64,000 bases of DNA from contig JBHGNT010000020.1 of the NCBI GenBank assembly GCA_043228905.1, forward strand, positions 310,001-374,000, given 5' to 3'. Positions 50,301 to 62,471 of the stretch are shown here, piece after piece (position 1 is the stretch's first letter; the number at the start of each line of letters is the position of its first letter). The notes beneath the pieces are model-generated. The model did not search any database and was not told the DNA's origin. It worked only from the letters and a program-made list of their open reading frames with translations. The stretch is from Azolla caroliniana. Taxonomy: Eukaryota; Plantae; Polypodiophyta. A program made the translations under genes and the position numbers.

Positions 50301-52923
50301 GGTGATCTATTTATCACATATGTCGCCGTCGACAATGCCTCAGCCCAAAACTTCTTGGGTAGTTTTGCATGCGCTAGCATACTCCGGACCCTCTCCATTA
50401 TGGTCCGGTTCATCCTCTCGGCCAGTCCGTTTAGTTCCGGCGTCTTCGGCACGGTAAATTCGAGCCGGATTCCCTTCGAGCGGCAGTACTCCTCGAACTG
50501 CCCCCGGTATTCTCCTCCGTTATCTCCTCGAACCGCCTTCAGCTTCCGGCCGGTTTCTCTTTCCACTCTCGCGTGGAGCTCTTTGAAGACGGATAGCACC
50601 TGATCCTTCGTCTTCAACGGTGTGGCCCACAACTTCCGGTTGTGGTCATCTATGAACGTCACGAAGTATTGCGATCCTGCATGTGACTTCGTGTCCACTT
50701 GACATACATCCGTATGCACCAACTCCAGTGGCACATTACGTCTCATCGGTGGCCTTGATCGGAAGGAGGTCCGGTTTTGCTTACTGGCTAGACAATCAGT
50801 GCACTTCTCCAAGTGCACGTTCTTCACTGGAATGAGGTTGTCGTCTGTAAGCCTCTTCATCCCCTTCTCGCTCATGTGACACAACCTTTTGTGCCACAGC
50901 TCACCGGCAATGTCGGATGTCACGTTCACTTCCTCCGGACATAACCGGGCATTCATGAGGTACAACGTGTTTACCTTCCGGGCCCGAGCCACAATCAGGC
51001 TCCCTTTACTGAACTTCATGACACCGTTCCGGATGCTACCCGTGTAGCCTTCATCATCTAGCCGACCGACTGATATCAAGTTCAGTTGAACCTCCGAAAC
51101 GTGTCGAACATCCTTCAGCAACAACTTGCATCCGGTTGGTGTTGACAACCACACGTCTCCTATGCCGACAATTCGGCATGTACCTTCATTCCCCATCCGT
51201 ACACAGCCATGATCACCGGCTGAGTAGGATGAGAAGCATTTCCGGTCCGGGGTAAGGTGGAACGACGCTCCGAAGTCTACCACCCAGGTCATCTCGTCAT
51301 CGGCAAGGTTTATCTCACTCTCCTCGGTGATGAGCATCAACTCTTCTTCATTTGCCGCGATTGCCGTCGTTCCCTTCCAGTCCGGCCCCCTCCGGTCTTT
51401 ACCGTTCCGGTCCGGGGTCCACTTCGAATCGGTACCGTCGGTCTCCTTATCTTTTCGGAAATGCCGACAGTTCTTTTGGAAGTGTCCCGGCTTGCCGCAA
51501 TAGAAGCAAGTGGGCCTCCCCCTTGACTTTGACCGTGTCCCCGACTTCTCCCGGTTCTGGGGACTACGGTTTCTATGTCTTCCGCGTTCCGATTCGGTAA
51601 GGAGCGCTTTGGAGTCGGAGCTCGTATCTTTATCTTTCCGACGTGCCTCCTCATCTAGCAAGCTCGACTTTACTCTTGCTAGGGATAACCGTTTCCCTTC
51701 CGGCCCGGCGTTGCCCAAGGTGACAACCAACGTCTCCCAGCTATCTGGGAGGGAACCGAGCAAGAGTAGTGCTAGTACCTCGTCGGCGAGAGGTACTTCC
51801 AATGAAGTTGTCTGGTGTATCAGTCCCTGGAAGGCATTCATGTGCTCCGCCATGCTGGAGCCATCTTGGTACCGGAGTCTTACTAGCTTCCGGAATACCG
51901 AAACCTGATTAACAGCATTTTTGTTTTGAAACATAATGTCGATCTTCTCTCAGAGCTCATGAGCCTTGCTCTCTTCATTGAAATTGTTGTATAGGCTCAT
52001 GTCGATGAAGCACCGTATGTACGTCGTTGTCTTCATGTGCATCACCTCCCATATCGCGGCGTCGATTTTGTCCGGTCTCTTGTCCCCGAACTGAACCGGC
52101 AGCCAGAGGTCTTTAACCACGAGCATGTCCCTCATCTTCGACTTCCACACCGAATAGTTGGAGCCGGTGAGCTTGAACATGCCTCCCAAAGAATCGTCCA
52201 TTTTCTGTGTCATTTTGCTCTGATACCACTTATCGGGAACTACTCGTTCCTTATGCGCAACGCTCAGCCACAACCGAGCTTAGAATCATACACAGAAAAC
52301 GGAAAATAAATGCACGACACAATGAAGAGAAGAGTACACAAGATGTTTACGAGGAAAACCCAAACTAAGGGAAAAACCACGGCAGCCCACAGGCTGCAAA
52401 CTATCATTATGTTAGAATGTACAACAATGAGTTCACGGAGGCAACAACCTCATGCTCACGATCTTCGCCACAGGCAGCGGTTACAACAGAGGCAACGACC
52501 TCTTCCTCTCTCTCTCACTCTTTGTACACTGTTACACACACTCTCTTCTTACACCAACAGAGAAAATGACAACAACTACTAAAAGCTTGCCCTAAGTCAT
52601 ATTTATACTAATATGACTTTTCGGCTATTTACAAATATAGCCATGATGGACTCTCAGAAACATATTTACGAATATGTCTCTTCATCCGGTGAGCACTTCT
52701 CATCGGGTCTGTACCATCCGGCTCTCTGTAGTCGGGTACTCCTCATCCGGTTCTCACCGGGTCTGCACCATCCAGCTCTCCGTAGCCGGGTACTCCTCAT
52801 CCAGTTCTCACCGGGTCTGCACTATCCGACTCTCCGTAGCCGAGTATTCCTCATCCGGTTTCGGTTGAGGCCTATCGACACTGTTCTTCTCCCTTCCCAT
52901 CCGGAGGGACCTGTCTCCCAACA
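47399..52923 (-). mobile_element. Structurally complete Ty1/Copia LTR retrotransposon
   Basis: LTRs 47399-48144 and 52231-52923; TSD GACTG (47394-47398, 52924-52928); tRNA-iMet PBS TGGTATCAGAGC (reverse complement at 52217-52228); PPT TGAAGGGGGAG (reverse complement just right of 48144). Confidence 0.97.
48158..52213 (-). pseudogene. Copia gag-pol polyprotein, broken by a few stops/frameshifts
   Basis: CFYCGKPGHFQKNC; WVVDFGASFH (protease); LWHKRLCH, VHTDV, FIDD, GDNGGEY, NGLAERMNRT (integrase); QLDVKT, LLLYMDDM (RT); FTDSD, TTEAEY, YCDSQSA (RNase H). Confidence 0.93.
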
Positions 52924-53049
52924 GACTGTATGTTATCTTATTATCCCAGTGAAGTTGAAAAAGATCCCTAGTATCACATATGGGTAGAGGTTATATGACG
53001 TAAAAAACGGATCCTAATATTCCTTCCCCATATCTTTGGCAAAGGAAGA

Positions 53050-53590
53050 ATTGGTATGTAGGCTTTATGTCACTTATGGTATGAGAAGGGAGTGCGAAAA
53101 ACGTCTCTCAAACCAACCTTATCAAACAATGATGGGTTAGGGGGCCATCCTTTGGACGAACTGATCTTGTGGACGACAATATATTTGATGTAACTCTACC
53201 GTTAATCATTGCTCGAGACACCCCATCTTTCCTTGAATAAAAATATGAGGTGGGACATACATATGTGGTCCAAAGCTCTTTGTATGCATTAACCTAGAAA
53301 ACAGAAAATGAATTGACATCATCATAAGTTTTCTCCAAATCAAACTCCATCACAATCAATTCTTGATGAGTATGTCGTGCATAATCCATGGCCATAAGAA
53401 CATTTAAGACATTATGAAATATATACATATACATGCAATGAAACCCTGTTGGGTTGGGTGTATCAACATCGACAAATACATTTGTAATATGTTTGCCAAT
53501 TGATACCATTGCCCTCAAAGGAATGGGCCACCATTAGTGAATTGACTTGGGTGTTGCCATCTTTGGAACTAATTTAATTAGACAACATTT
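53050..53590 (-). mobile_element. LINE RT fragment related to the 32907-47025 LINE
   Basis: HNVLNVLMAMDYARHTHQELIVMEFDLEKTYD matches HNVLNVQMATDYARHTHQEMVMVQLDLEKAYD in ORF 36152-36823. Confidence 0.85.
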
Positions 53591-53707
53591 TCTGTAAAAG
53601 ACTATTGTGTTCAATTTAAACTAAATCGAGTAACATTTTTTAACTATTAAGAGGGTGGCTAGTGGCCTTTTTTATGAGAGTAAAGAGAAGTTGCACTTTG
53701 ATAATTA

Positions 53708-53756
53708 TGCCTGCCGAGAGTCGAACTCATATCCTAACCGTTAGACTACAAACGCA
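53708..53756 (-). pseudogene. tRNA-Gly(TCC)-derived remnant lacking the anticodon arm
   Basis: Reverse complement reads GCGTTTGTAGTCTAACGGTTAGGATA...GAGTTCGACTCTCGGCAGGCA, matching the 5' and 3' parts of plant tRNA-Gly(TCC) as recalled. Confidence 0.65.
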
Positions 53757-54221
53757 ATTCAAAGATTAGAAAAGAAACCAATGCTTTGTTAAACTAATAT
53801 TACTGGAGCGTAATAATGGCTACTATAACTCTTACGACAAAACCAAATTAGATGATGAGAATTCTAGGTTTCATAATAGTTAGTCTAGTACTAACATTTT
53901 CTGGTATTGTAATGGGATACAAACCAACAAAGTTTATAAGATGAATTTTGTCGCATAATTTTGAAGGAACAATAGTATGTTATAACTTATACTTGATTAA
54001 TTACTTCTATCTTAGGTGGAACTTGGGAATGTAAGATGGAAGGCAATTAACCTAGTAATTGGACACAAACACACTCCAAAAATTAACGTTTTATGTAAGA
54101 AAATATTGCAGTCAGTCTAAACTAAATTGAGTAACAAATTTTTAACTATTAGGAGGGTGTCTAATGACTCTTTGATTAGAGTGAACAGAAAATTCACTTC
54201 AATAATTGCCTTCCAAGCAAT

Positions 54222-54582
54222 TATTGTGAGAAGTATGATGTCTGGGAATGAGCCATGGAAATTATTACTTCATGAACATATGAAGGAATTGGTTCCATGT
54301 AGAGGTGGACATTGGAAGCGAAATGTGAGGTGGTGGTTTGTGCATGAGGATATGCCTTTGACTTTTATTTTTACTTCAGATAAATTTTTTAACTCTTTGT
54401 TAAGAGCTTGGAAATGTTTGTTGCCTAATCTTGTGCAAAAACATCCTATATGGGAGGACGAGTGGAAAAGGCAACCAATTTGTTGGAACCCCTTGATTAA
54501 GGATGATTATGGTAATATGTTAGGAAGGAGGACAAGATTAAATTGGGCAGCAATTGATGAGGCATTTGTGTTAGAGACATGA
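54222..54582 (+). mobile_element. Probable LINE ORF2 C-terminal fragment
   Basis: Trp-rich segment GNEPWKLLL...SLLRAWKCL...WKRQPICWNPLI, typical of post-RT regions of plant LINEs. No diagnostic catalytic motif. Confidence 0.5.
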
Positions 54583-55158
54583 ACTAATGTAAGCATAAAA
54601 TAAGGATAAAAGATAGAACTAGATAGAAAGGAGAGAGAGAAAGAAGGGTGCCGATCCACCCAGACCACCCCCGAGCGAAGGGATTGAGACGAACTTGAGC
54701 CTCGATCGGTGTCTCATACCACCGTCGTGGCGTCGAGTCGTACCTGGTGCTAGCAGCACGCTCGCTACAAGAGTTGACCCACCACAAGACAGAGAGTCTC
54801 AACGTAGTTAACAAGATGTCGAAATGAGGGTAGCTAGGCCTCTTATTTATAGCGATACCCAAGGGCCCCAGGCAAGTTCACACTTGGCCTAGCTACCCTC
54901 ATACGGGCGGGTGGGTAGTCGCTCATGCGGCCTCTTGAGCGCTCATGTGTGTCTCTCTCTCTTTGGCCGGCTAGCCCCGCTCTCGTGTGGCTCTCTCTTT
55001 GGCCGGGCTGCCGCCCGCTCACGCTGCCGCCGCCGCCGCTTTCTGTGGCGGAGATGCGCGCTTCTGTCTGTGTAGCCAGAAAGAAACAGACAGAAAAGAG
55101 TTGTGGAAAGAAACAGACACAACACACAGACAGACACAGAGAGAGAAGAGAGAGACAG

Positions 55159-55197
<39 letters not shown>

Positions 55198-55201
55198 AGA
55201 G

Positions 55202-55780
55202 ATGGTGGTGCTGCTAGGGTTGGAGCTCCGGCACCATGCCCTCCGTCACGTGCTCGCCCTCCTCCTCACCTTCGCCCTCGCCTCCCTCTGCTGGTGCTGC
55301 TGGAAACGCCATCGCTCCTTCCATCGCCATCGCCATCGCCGTGACCTCCTCCTCCTCCACCATCACCATCACCACCGAGCTGCAGCAGCAACAGCAGTAC
55401 CTGCTGCCGTTTCCTCCGCCGTTTCTCCCGCCTCCGCCTCCGCCGCCGTTTCCTCCTCTTCCGCTCCCCCTCCCCCTCGGGCCGTCATCCCTCCACTGCC
55501 GTTCCGCCGTTTCCGCCCCGTTTCGTCCACCGCCTTCCCACCCGACCCCGGCCCCGGCCCCGGCCCCGGCCCTGGCCCTGGCCCTGAGAAGAGTGAAGAC
55601 CAGCTCGACCCTCTCATCAAGAACTCCGACTGCCCGATCTGCCTCTGTGCCTTCGAAACGGATGTTCTCCTCGTTGTCCTGCCTTCTTGCGACCATGCCT
55701 ACCATCCTTCTTGCATCCATCGATGGCTCCAATCGCATACGGATTGCCCTATCTGTCGATCGGAGATACCTCATCTCTGA
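55202..55780 (+). CDS. ATL-family RING-H2 E3 ubiquitin ligase with N-terminal hydrophobic segment (192 aa, intronless CDS)
   Basis: ATG at 55202 after a (GA)n tract; hydrophobic VLALLLTFALASLCWCCW followed by basic residues; RING-H2 CPICL...LPSCDHAYHPSCIHRWLQSHTDCPICR. Confidence 0.88.
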   Translation: MVVLLGLELRHHALRHVLALLLTFALASLCWCCWKRHRSFHRHRHRRDLLLLHHHHHHRAAAATAVPAAVSSAVSPASASAAVSSSSAPPPPRAVIPPLPFRRFRPVSSTAFPPDPGPGPGPGPGPGPEKSEDQLDPLIKNSDCPICLCAFETDVLLVVLPSCDHAYHPSCIHRWLQSHTDCPICRSEIPHL

Positions 55781-57395
55781 GGTAACTCAGCTCTCTCCAA
55801 CCTGCTCTACCTTCACTTTCATTTTTTCTTACTTCTCATCGTTATGCAGTGTTTTCTTCCCTCTGATGCAGGTCTCAGCTATACTCTACTGTACCATCAT
55901 CTTCATCTTCACCAGTGTATGAATACAAAGTGTATGCTCTTTCCGCTGAGATTAGTTTTCTTACTGTAATTTACCATCATCTTCATCTGTGCATGTACAT
56001 ACCTTGTTTTCCGTCATTTTGACAGTTCTTGCTGCTGTTCCCATAGTTTCGTGATTCATGATCCCTCACATTGGAGGTAGGACTCCATTATACTGTACTG
56101 TGCTGTATCATCAACATCTCTGTATGTATATATAAGTAATTTGCTTTCCTTCCCTTTCTCAAAAGGCTCATCATTGTTATTGTATGAATCGTTCCTGTTT
56201 TTCATTCATTTTGGTCGAAATCTTTGTCTTTCCTTTCCTTTTCCACAGTTCTTGATCCTCTTAATATTCATCATTGTTGTTGCATCATCGTCGGCTCTTA
56301 TTATTTTCAAAGTATTTTTCGTTCCTTACTTTTTCCACAGTTCCTGATGTTCTTATCATCAACGTTGTCATCATCATCATCATCCACATTGTTCAAAATT
56401 TCGTGATTCTTAACAATTCATGTTGTATTTGTTGTCTTTAGTTCTGTTCAAAGTTCTAGTTGGCCGCACTTTTTCTTCATGTTAATTGTAAATGTATCAT
56501 TGTCTTTAATTTTGGTTCAAAGTCCTTGTTAAATATGTAAAGGATCCAGATAGAGAGCTTACATTCATATGCATCTAATTTCATGTTAATTAAAGGTGTT
56601 GACAGCCATGGCGCATTAGATGCATTTACTATTTCCAACTTTGAAGCTCAATTTTTTACTGTATTCTAGGTGTTGTAGATTTGTGACTACTAGATGCAAA
56701 GAATTTGCTTAAATGTAGATGTTGTACATCTAGGACACATCAAATGCAATTGATTTCAAATTTATTGCACACAATTTTTTGTTTATTAATCTAATTGGCC
56801 GAGTTTTCTTCCTATTCGTGATTGATAATAGGAAATTAGGAGACAAGACCATAAATTTTTAGGAATTTTTTGTTTTCTGCTAGATTCTACAAATGCTTCC
56901 AATTCGCAAGCTCAAAAGTTTGATTTTTTCCCTGGGTTTCTTTACTGAATTGGGAGGACACCATTGATTGTAGATGTTGTTGCTTCATGACATTAGATGC
57001 AATTTTTGGCTTGACAATTATTTGTCTAATTTTTAAATTGAAATCCTCACACCTGTGACGCACACAATGAGGAATTCCTCATCACCACGAAACCCAAACA
57101 GCAACAAAAAGATTAGCTAGCTGTTGAAACGACCACAAAAGCATTAGCTATGAAGGCCTTGGATTAATTGCAAAGTGGAGAGAGCAGATGAAAATGAGGA
57201 ACTCCCTTTTCCATGGAAGGTAATGAATGGAGAGACCAGATACTCCTTTCTAGCTTCTTAATCGTGCAAGAAGTATATGTATTTGAGCCATTGATAAGAC
57301 TAATTGGTGGAGACCATTCATGCATCGTAGCTTGAACCTACACTCTTGAGGTTATTGAGCACATGACCATCATTACAAGGATATACAAAACAGGA

Positions 57396-57761
57396 AATAC
57401 TCTATGCAATTCTTCTTCAGAGAAGAAGTAGAAAGGCATGTTTGTATTGGAAGTGAAAGACACTCATATGTATCTACATTCTAATATGCATTGCATGTAA
57501 ATGATTGGTGTTCAATCGAGTATGATGGTTCTTCAAGATGTTTAGATTAAGTGGCAAATATGCATGTAACATTACAGGTAATACTCTATGCAATTCTTCT
57601 TCAGAGAAGAAGTAGAAAGGCATGTTTGTATTGGAAGTGGAAAGACACTCATATGTATCTACATTCTAATATGCATTGCATGTAAATGATTGGTGTTCAA
57701 TCGAGTATGATGGTTCTTCAAGATGTTTGGATTAAGTGGCAAATATGCATGTAACATTACA
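57396..57761. repeat. Near-perfect ~184-bp tandem duplication
   Basis: AATACTCTATGCAATTCTTCTTCAGAG...GCATGTAACATTACA at 57396 and 57580. Confidence 0.92.
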
Positions 57762-58188
57762 TGGAAAGTCCATTTTTTACTTCCTATACCAAGTGGGAAG
57801 TATGCATATACAAATTTACCTTGTCTGGCTTGTGTATTGAAGTTATTTTTGTTGATTGTGAAGCTAAGCTGATTGGATATGATTCCTTAGCTCACCATAT
57901 CTGGTTGCTCTTTTAACAGCACTAAATATGGAAATGTCTTGTTAATGTTGTCTCTTTTCTCAAGAGTTACATTTTAGCACCATCGGTTACATGATACAAA
58001 CTCATATTCATGGGGATATATGCTTTATCAAAATTCATCCACCATTACTTGTTATTCTTCACATTTCTATGTTTTGGTGCTCCGAATATTTGCTGTAACT
58101 GCATATCTCCAAAATCTGGTTATTTCTTCTTTCCCAGGAAAATGTAAATTGTCAGCAATGGTCTTTATCAAAAGCTCTAATATCATGC

Positions 58189-58219
<31 letters not shown>

Positions 58220-59328
58220 GCATATGTTGGCAGTTAAGTCGTCATTATTTTTTGCTTCATTTTGTTGTACTTGCGAGTTGGATTTTGCTGTCTTTGCATT
58301 ACTTTGCTATTGGATTGGATGAAAAACAGAGCTGATTGAACAACTTGCTATCTGGCGGAGAACAGATAAAGTTCGTAAGTCTTGTTTGGATTATAAATGA
58401 GCATCCATTGATAATATGGTCCATGTCCTGCCAGACTAGGTCCCACCTCTCCTCCTCTGATATATATTACAAGAGCTCGTCTATGTGAAGTCCAAATAGT
58501 GTGGGTGATAATGGACATCCTTGATTCACACTGACAGAAGTAAGATGTTTTTACCTTCTCTCCTGTTAATAATTTGCAGTGGAATGGTTGTCTTTCTGGT
58601 GGATGGCTTATCTTCCTAATTGTGGATATCATATAGTTTAGCTTATGGCTGATTGTGAAGGTCTTGTAATTTAGTTTATGACTGTATTGATAACAATCCT
58701 TTGGATCGCTGAATTGTGTTGGTGGTTGACCCTCCTAAAACTGTGTCCATGATTCCTGCCATGTTTCCCTGAGAATATATCTTATATCTTCTGCCTCAGT
58801 TATTGCTAGATATTTTATCTTTTTCTTCCGAACCAGTTCATGAAAGAGTATGTAGACATGTTTGAGAGTATCAGCATTACATTGCATCCATTGAGCTGAT
58901 TCCTTACATTCATCATTATGCTAGAGAAAGCATTGTCATTCCTTGCTGAAAGGCTGTAAATAAAGAGTAGAATAACTCTGGTTCAGAGTGCATATATGAT
59001 CATAAGACCTGACAAAACAGCTTCATTGAATGGTGAGTTTTAAAATGCGGACCGGTTACACCAAGAAAATTACTTCTGTAAAGCGAATAGATCCCATAGA
59101 CAATTTGAGGTACATGAAGTTGTGGATTGCCTGATTTGGTGATGGAGTTTCAGTTTATAGATGACTTCCTCTTGAGAAGTTGCATTCAAGGTAGGAGGAA
59201 AAGACTGAAACAAATGTCTGAGTCCTAAAGAATTAGATGTTAACACAACATGAAGAAAATGGAAAGTGTGAAGACATAGGTTTAATGTAAAGAAAACATA
59301 TGAAGAAGTTGCTGCCATAGTTATTGGT

Positions 59329-59740
59329 AACAATCGGCAACGGTTCGGTTCGGTTTGAGAGGGTCCAAACTGAACCGGTTTGGAACCGAACTATTTAAAA
59401 TTTTTGAAACCTAAACCGAACTGATAAACATTTTTGAAACTGTTAAACCATTAAACCATAAAAACCGCGGTTTCGTGGTTCAGTTTTGGTTTTCAACATA
59501 GGTCAAATTTTTTATTTTTTTAAATTTATAATATTTCATTATTTAGAATTTTAAAATTTTTGAAGATGTTCCTAAAATGTGAGAATAAGATGTAAAAATG
59601 AAAGAATTGTTTAAAAACCATTTTTAAAAGTTTTAAAAGTTTTAAAAAAAAATTAAAAATTGTTAAACCGTTTAAACTGCGGTTTTTTACTGTTGAAACC
59701 GTTAAGCCGTTAAACCGCGGTTTTGTGGTTGCCGATTGTC
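59329..59740. mobile_element. AACCG-rich MITE with 10-bp TSD
   Basis: TIR ACAATCGGCAAC / GTTGCCGATTGT; AGTTATTGGT at 59319-59328 and 59741-59750. Confidence 0.88.
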
Positions 59741-60052
59741 AGTTATTGGTATAGCTTCTTTGAGATGTTGTGGCTATGTGAAGTTGAGAGGTTTTTTTAA
59801 ACTATTGTCAACTTGGGATGTTTGGCTATCAAGAAAGGAGATGCTTATTAGAATCTTGTGTACATAATCAATCTAGCATTAGCTTTTTAACAGGAAATGC
59901 TTACAAGCTTGCACTCTTGTGATTGTTCTCTTACATACATTCCATGCTTGATGCATAACGACTACAATAATGACTATTGCCACAACTTTTGATACACATG
60001 AATTTGTAAATTCATATTTACATAGAAGCTAGCATCTTTGCATTGTTTTGGA

Positions 60053-60236
60053 TAGGGTAGCACCATGAGAGTATCTTGTGTGACCAAGGACAAGCCACCA
60101 TCTTGCATGGTCTTGGATTAGGGTATCACCATGAGAGTATCTCATGTAAACATGTGAGGAGAAGCCATCATTTTGCATGGTCTTGAATAGGGTAGAACCA
60201 TGAGAGTATCTTGTGTAAACATGTGAACATGAGAGT
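60053..60236. repeat. Degenerate ~65-70-bp tandem repeat, ~3 copies
   Basis: AGGGTA..ACCATGAGAGTATCT recurs at ~60054, 60120 and 60189. Confidence 0.7.
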
Positions 60237-61145
60237 AACTCTAAATAGATTCAAACACAACCTTGTGGCTGAAAACCTATGTAAGTCCAATATTGAAATT
60301 TAAAAAGTGTTTATTTTTTAAAATAAGTTTGACTTAGATATTGCTAAAATATGCAACTAGTGTTTCTAATTTTTTATGTGTTTGTTAATGTGAGGGTGTG
60401 CACATCACTGTGATTGCCACTCCTCAACTTGGTTTAGCATAAGGATTGGGATGTAAGCTTGGGAATCAACCAACTACCCTTGGTAAATTTCACTATATTG
60501 GTATTAATGTGACAATTTCCACATGTGAGCATGGGTGGTTCTCCATTTTGTGCGAGAAAGAAAGAATGTGTGTGTGATGGATTTTATTATCATCTTTGGA
60601 GGTCAAATATGACACAATATGGAACCAGAATTGAATCATTTTTATGTAGTAATGGAATTTTGTGGGTTTTAATGTTCAAGAATTTTAGTAGTAAATTGTT
60701 GCCATCGAGAGTTTGAACATCTTGATTGCATGAGGAATGTTTGTGGGGAGTGGAGTGATTAGATAATGTGAGTGGGGAGTGGAGGGAATAGAAAATGTGT
60801 GTAGGAGATAATTAATGCTCATGAAAGATTGGATATGATCTATTTGAATGGTTGAGCCCATGGTGAGGACCAAATCGACTCTCTCTCAAATTTGATGTTT
60901 CATTCTTTAAACTACTAGGCCACATTCTAAATATAGCATTACATTTGTTATAATTTAAACTACCAAACCATCAACCATAGTGAGTGAAATGCTTCATTTG
61001 AGTAGTTGTGTGCAAAGTGTGTTTAAAAAGTACATAATACTTCATGTTATCTCTTGATAAAAGAGATTGATCATTGTAGAGCGATGCATAACATTGATGC
61101 ATCTACACTTTGGGGAAACTCATTAGACATTGTAGTAAAAAATTG

Positions 61146-61330
61146 TCATGGCTTGCTTGGAATTGGTAGTGGCTGCAATAAACCATAAGGATGGTGTTGA
61201 GGCATCTTTACTCTACAACATGCATAAGATGTCCAAACATAATCTTCGACAAATTTACGTAGATGACACCACCAAAATGAACGTGTTAACAAATCCAATG
61301 TCTTATTGATACCAAAATACTTTTGACGCA
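61146..61330 (-). mobile_element. Gypsy integrase zinc-binding-domain fragment
   Basis: FGINKTLDLLTRSFWW...FVEDYV...CCRVK...PYGLLQPLPIP. Confidence 0.8.
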
Positions 61331-61562
61331 TTATCATAAGGTCTTGTTGGTCATATTTCGACTCATTATCGTAAGGTCACAAGTTCAAATCCTTTTTGGA
61401 GCAATATCATGGCATTATGTGTGTTTTACACTTGGTTTATTTTTTCTATAAAAACTAGCCATGTGATAAAACAATCTAAAGTTAGTTGTTAGTGAAGGAT
61501 TGAGATAATTTAATCTTCACCCTTCATTCCGTATGAATTAGCCCACAACTATAATTACAGTT

Positions 61563-62471
61563 ATGATTGTAACAACCAATGATTAGGGTAATTGCCTTCA
61601 AGCTAACATTCTCAAGTTCAGCTCTCGGTAAACGTAATTACTATAATATAAAATGTCGTTGTTCTATTCAAAGTTATGCAACAAAGTTGATTTTATGCAC
61701 TATGTTTGATTGTGTCCCATGTGGATCTTTTATTACCCAGGAAATTTTAGTACAAGAGTAATTATTATGAACTATAGAATTTCCATCATCTACTTTGGTC
61801 TTTCTCCTAATAGTTATATTAGCAATTATAAGACTTGGGTTGTGTTTGAATTTCCAAATTGTGTTTGTAGTCCCAATGGTTAATATAAGTGTCTTCTTAG
61901 CAATATACCCGAGTTTGACTCTCAGAAGACCCAATTATTAGAGTGCAACACGTCCTAATACATAGCCACCTTCAATGTAAATAGAACATCAATCAAATAC
62001 TTTGGTTATTTTGGTGATACAAAATGTTAGTCATTTTAGTTGACACCAACTTTAGTAATTCTCGGTATAAAATGTTAAATTTTAGATTGTGTTTATAGTC
62101 CAATGATTAGGGCAATTACCTTCCAACTAACAACATTCCCAAGTTCGATTCTACATAGACATAATTAATGTAGTATAACATGTCGTTCCATTCATAATTA
62201 TCCACCAAGTTGATTTTATGTGTTTCAGGTGTGTCCAAATAGGATCTTTAATCAACCAGAAATTTTTAATACAAGAATAACATTTATGAAACCTATAATT
62301 TCTATCATCTACTTTGGTTTTCGCCTAATAGTTGTATTATGAATTGTTCATCCTTGTTTTTTTAGTTTAATAAGACTTGCATTATTGATTTTCCAAATTG
62401 TGTTGGTAGTTTAATGGTTAGAATAATTGTTGTTCGAGCAATAGACTTGAGTGCAATTCTTTGTAGATGCA
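61563..62471 (+). pseudogene. Four degenerate tRNA-Gly(TCC)-derived units (~61563, 61861, 62089, 62400) arranged as a duplicated dimer
   Basis: 61861-61933 GTGTTTGTAGTCCCAATGGTTAATATAAGTGTCTTCTTAGCAATATACCCGAGTTTGACTCTCAGAAGACCCA aligns end to end with plant tRNA-Gly(TCC) as recalled. The other three show the same framework. Flanking spacers repeat with a ~525-540-bp period. Confidence 0.75.

Noticed and set aside
54925-55922. Long overlapping ORFs in alternative frames and on the opposite strand over the RING gene
   Set aside because: Explained by GC-rich, low-complexity sequence with few stop codons. Only the 55202-55780 frame has a recognisable domain.
61345-61403. tRNA-like 3' half (AAGGTCACAAGTTCAAATCC); similar B-box at ~11278-11295
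   Set aside because: B-box-like word only; no cloverleaf or identifiable isotype.
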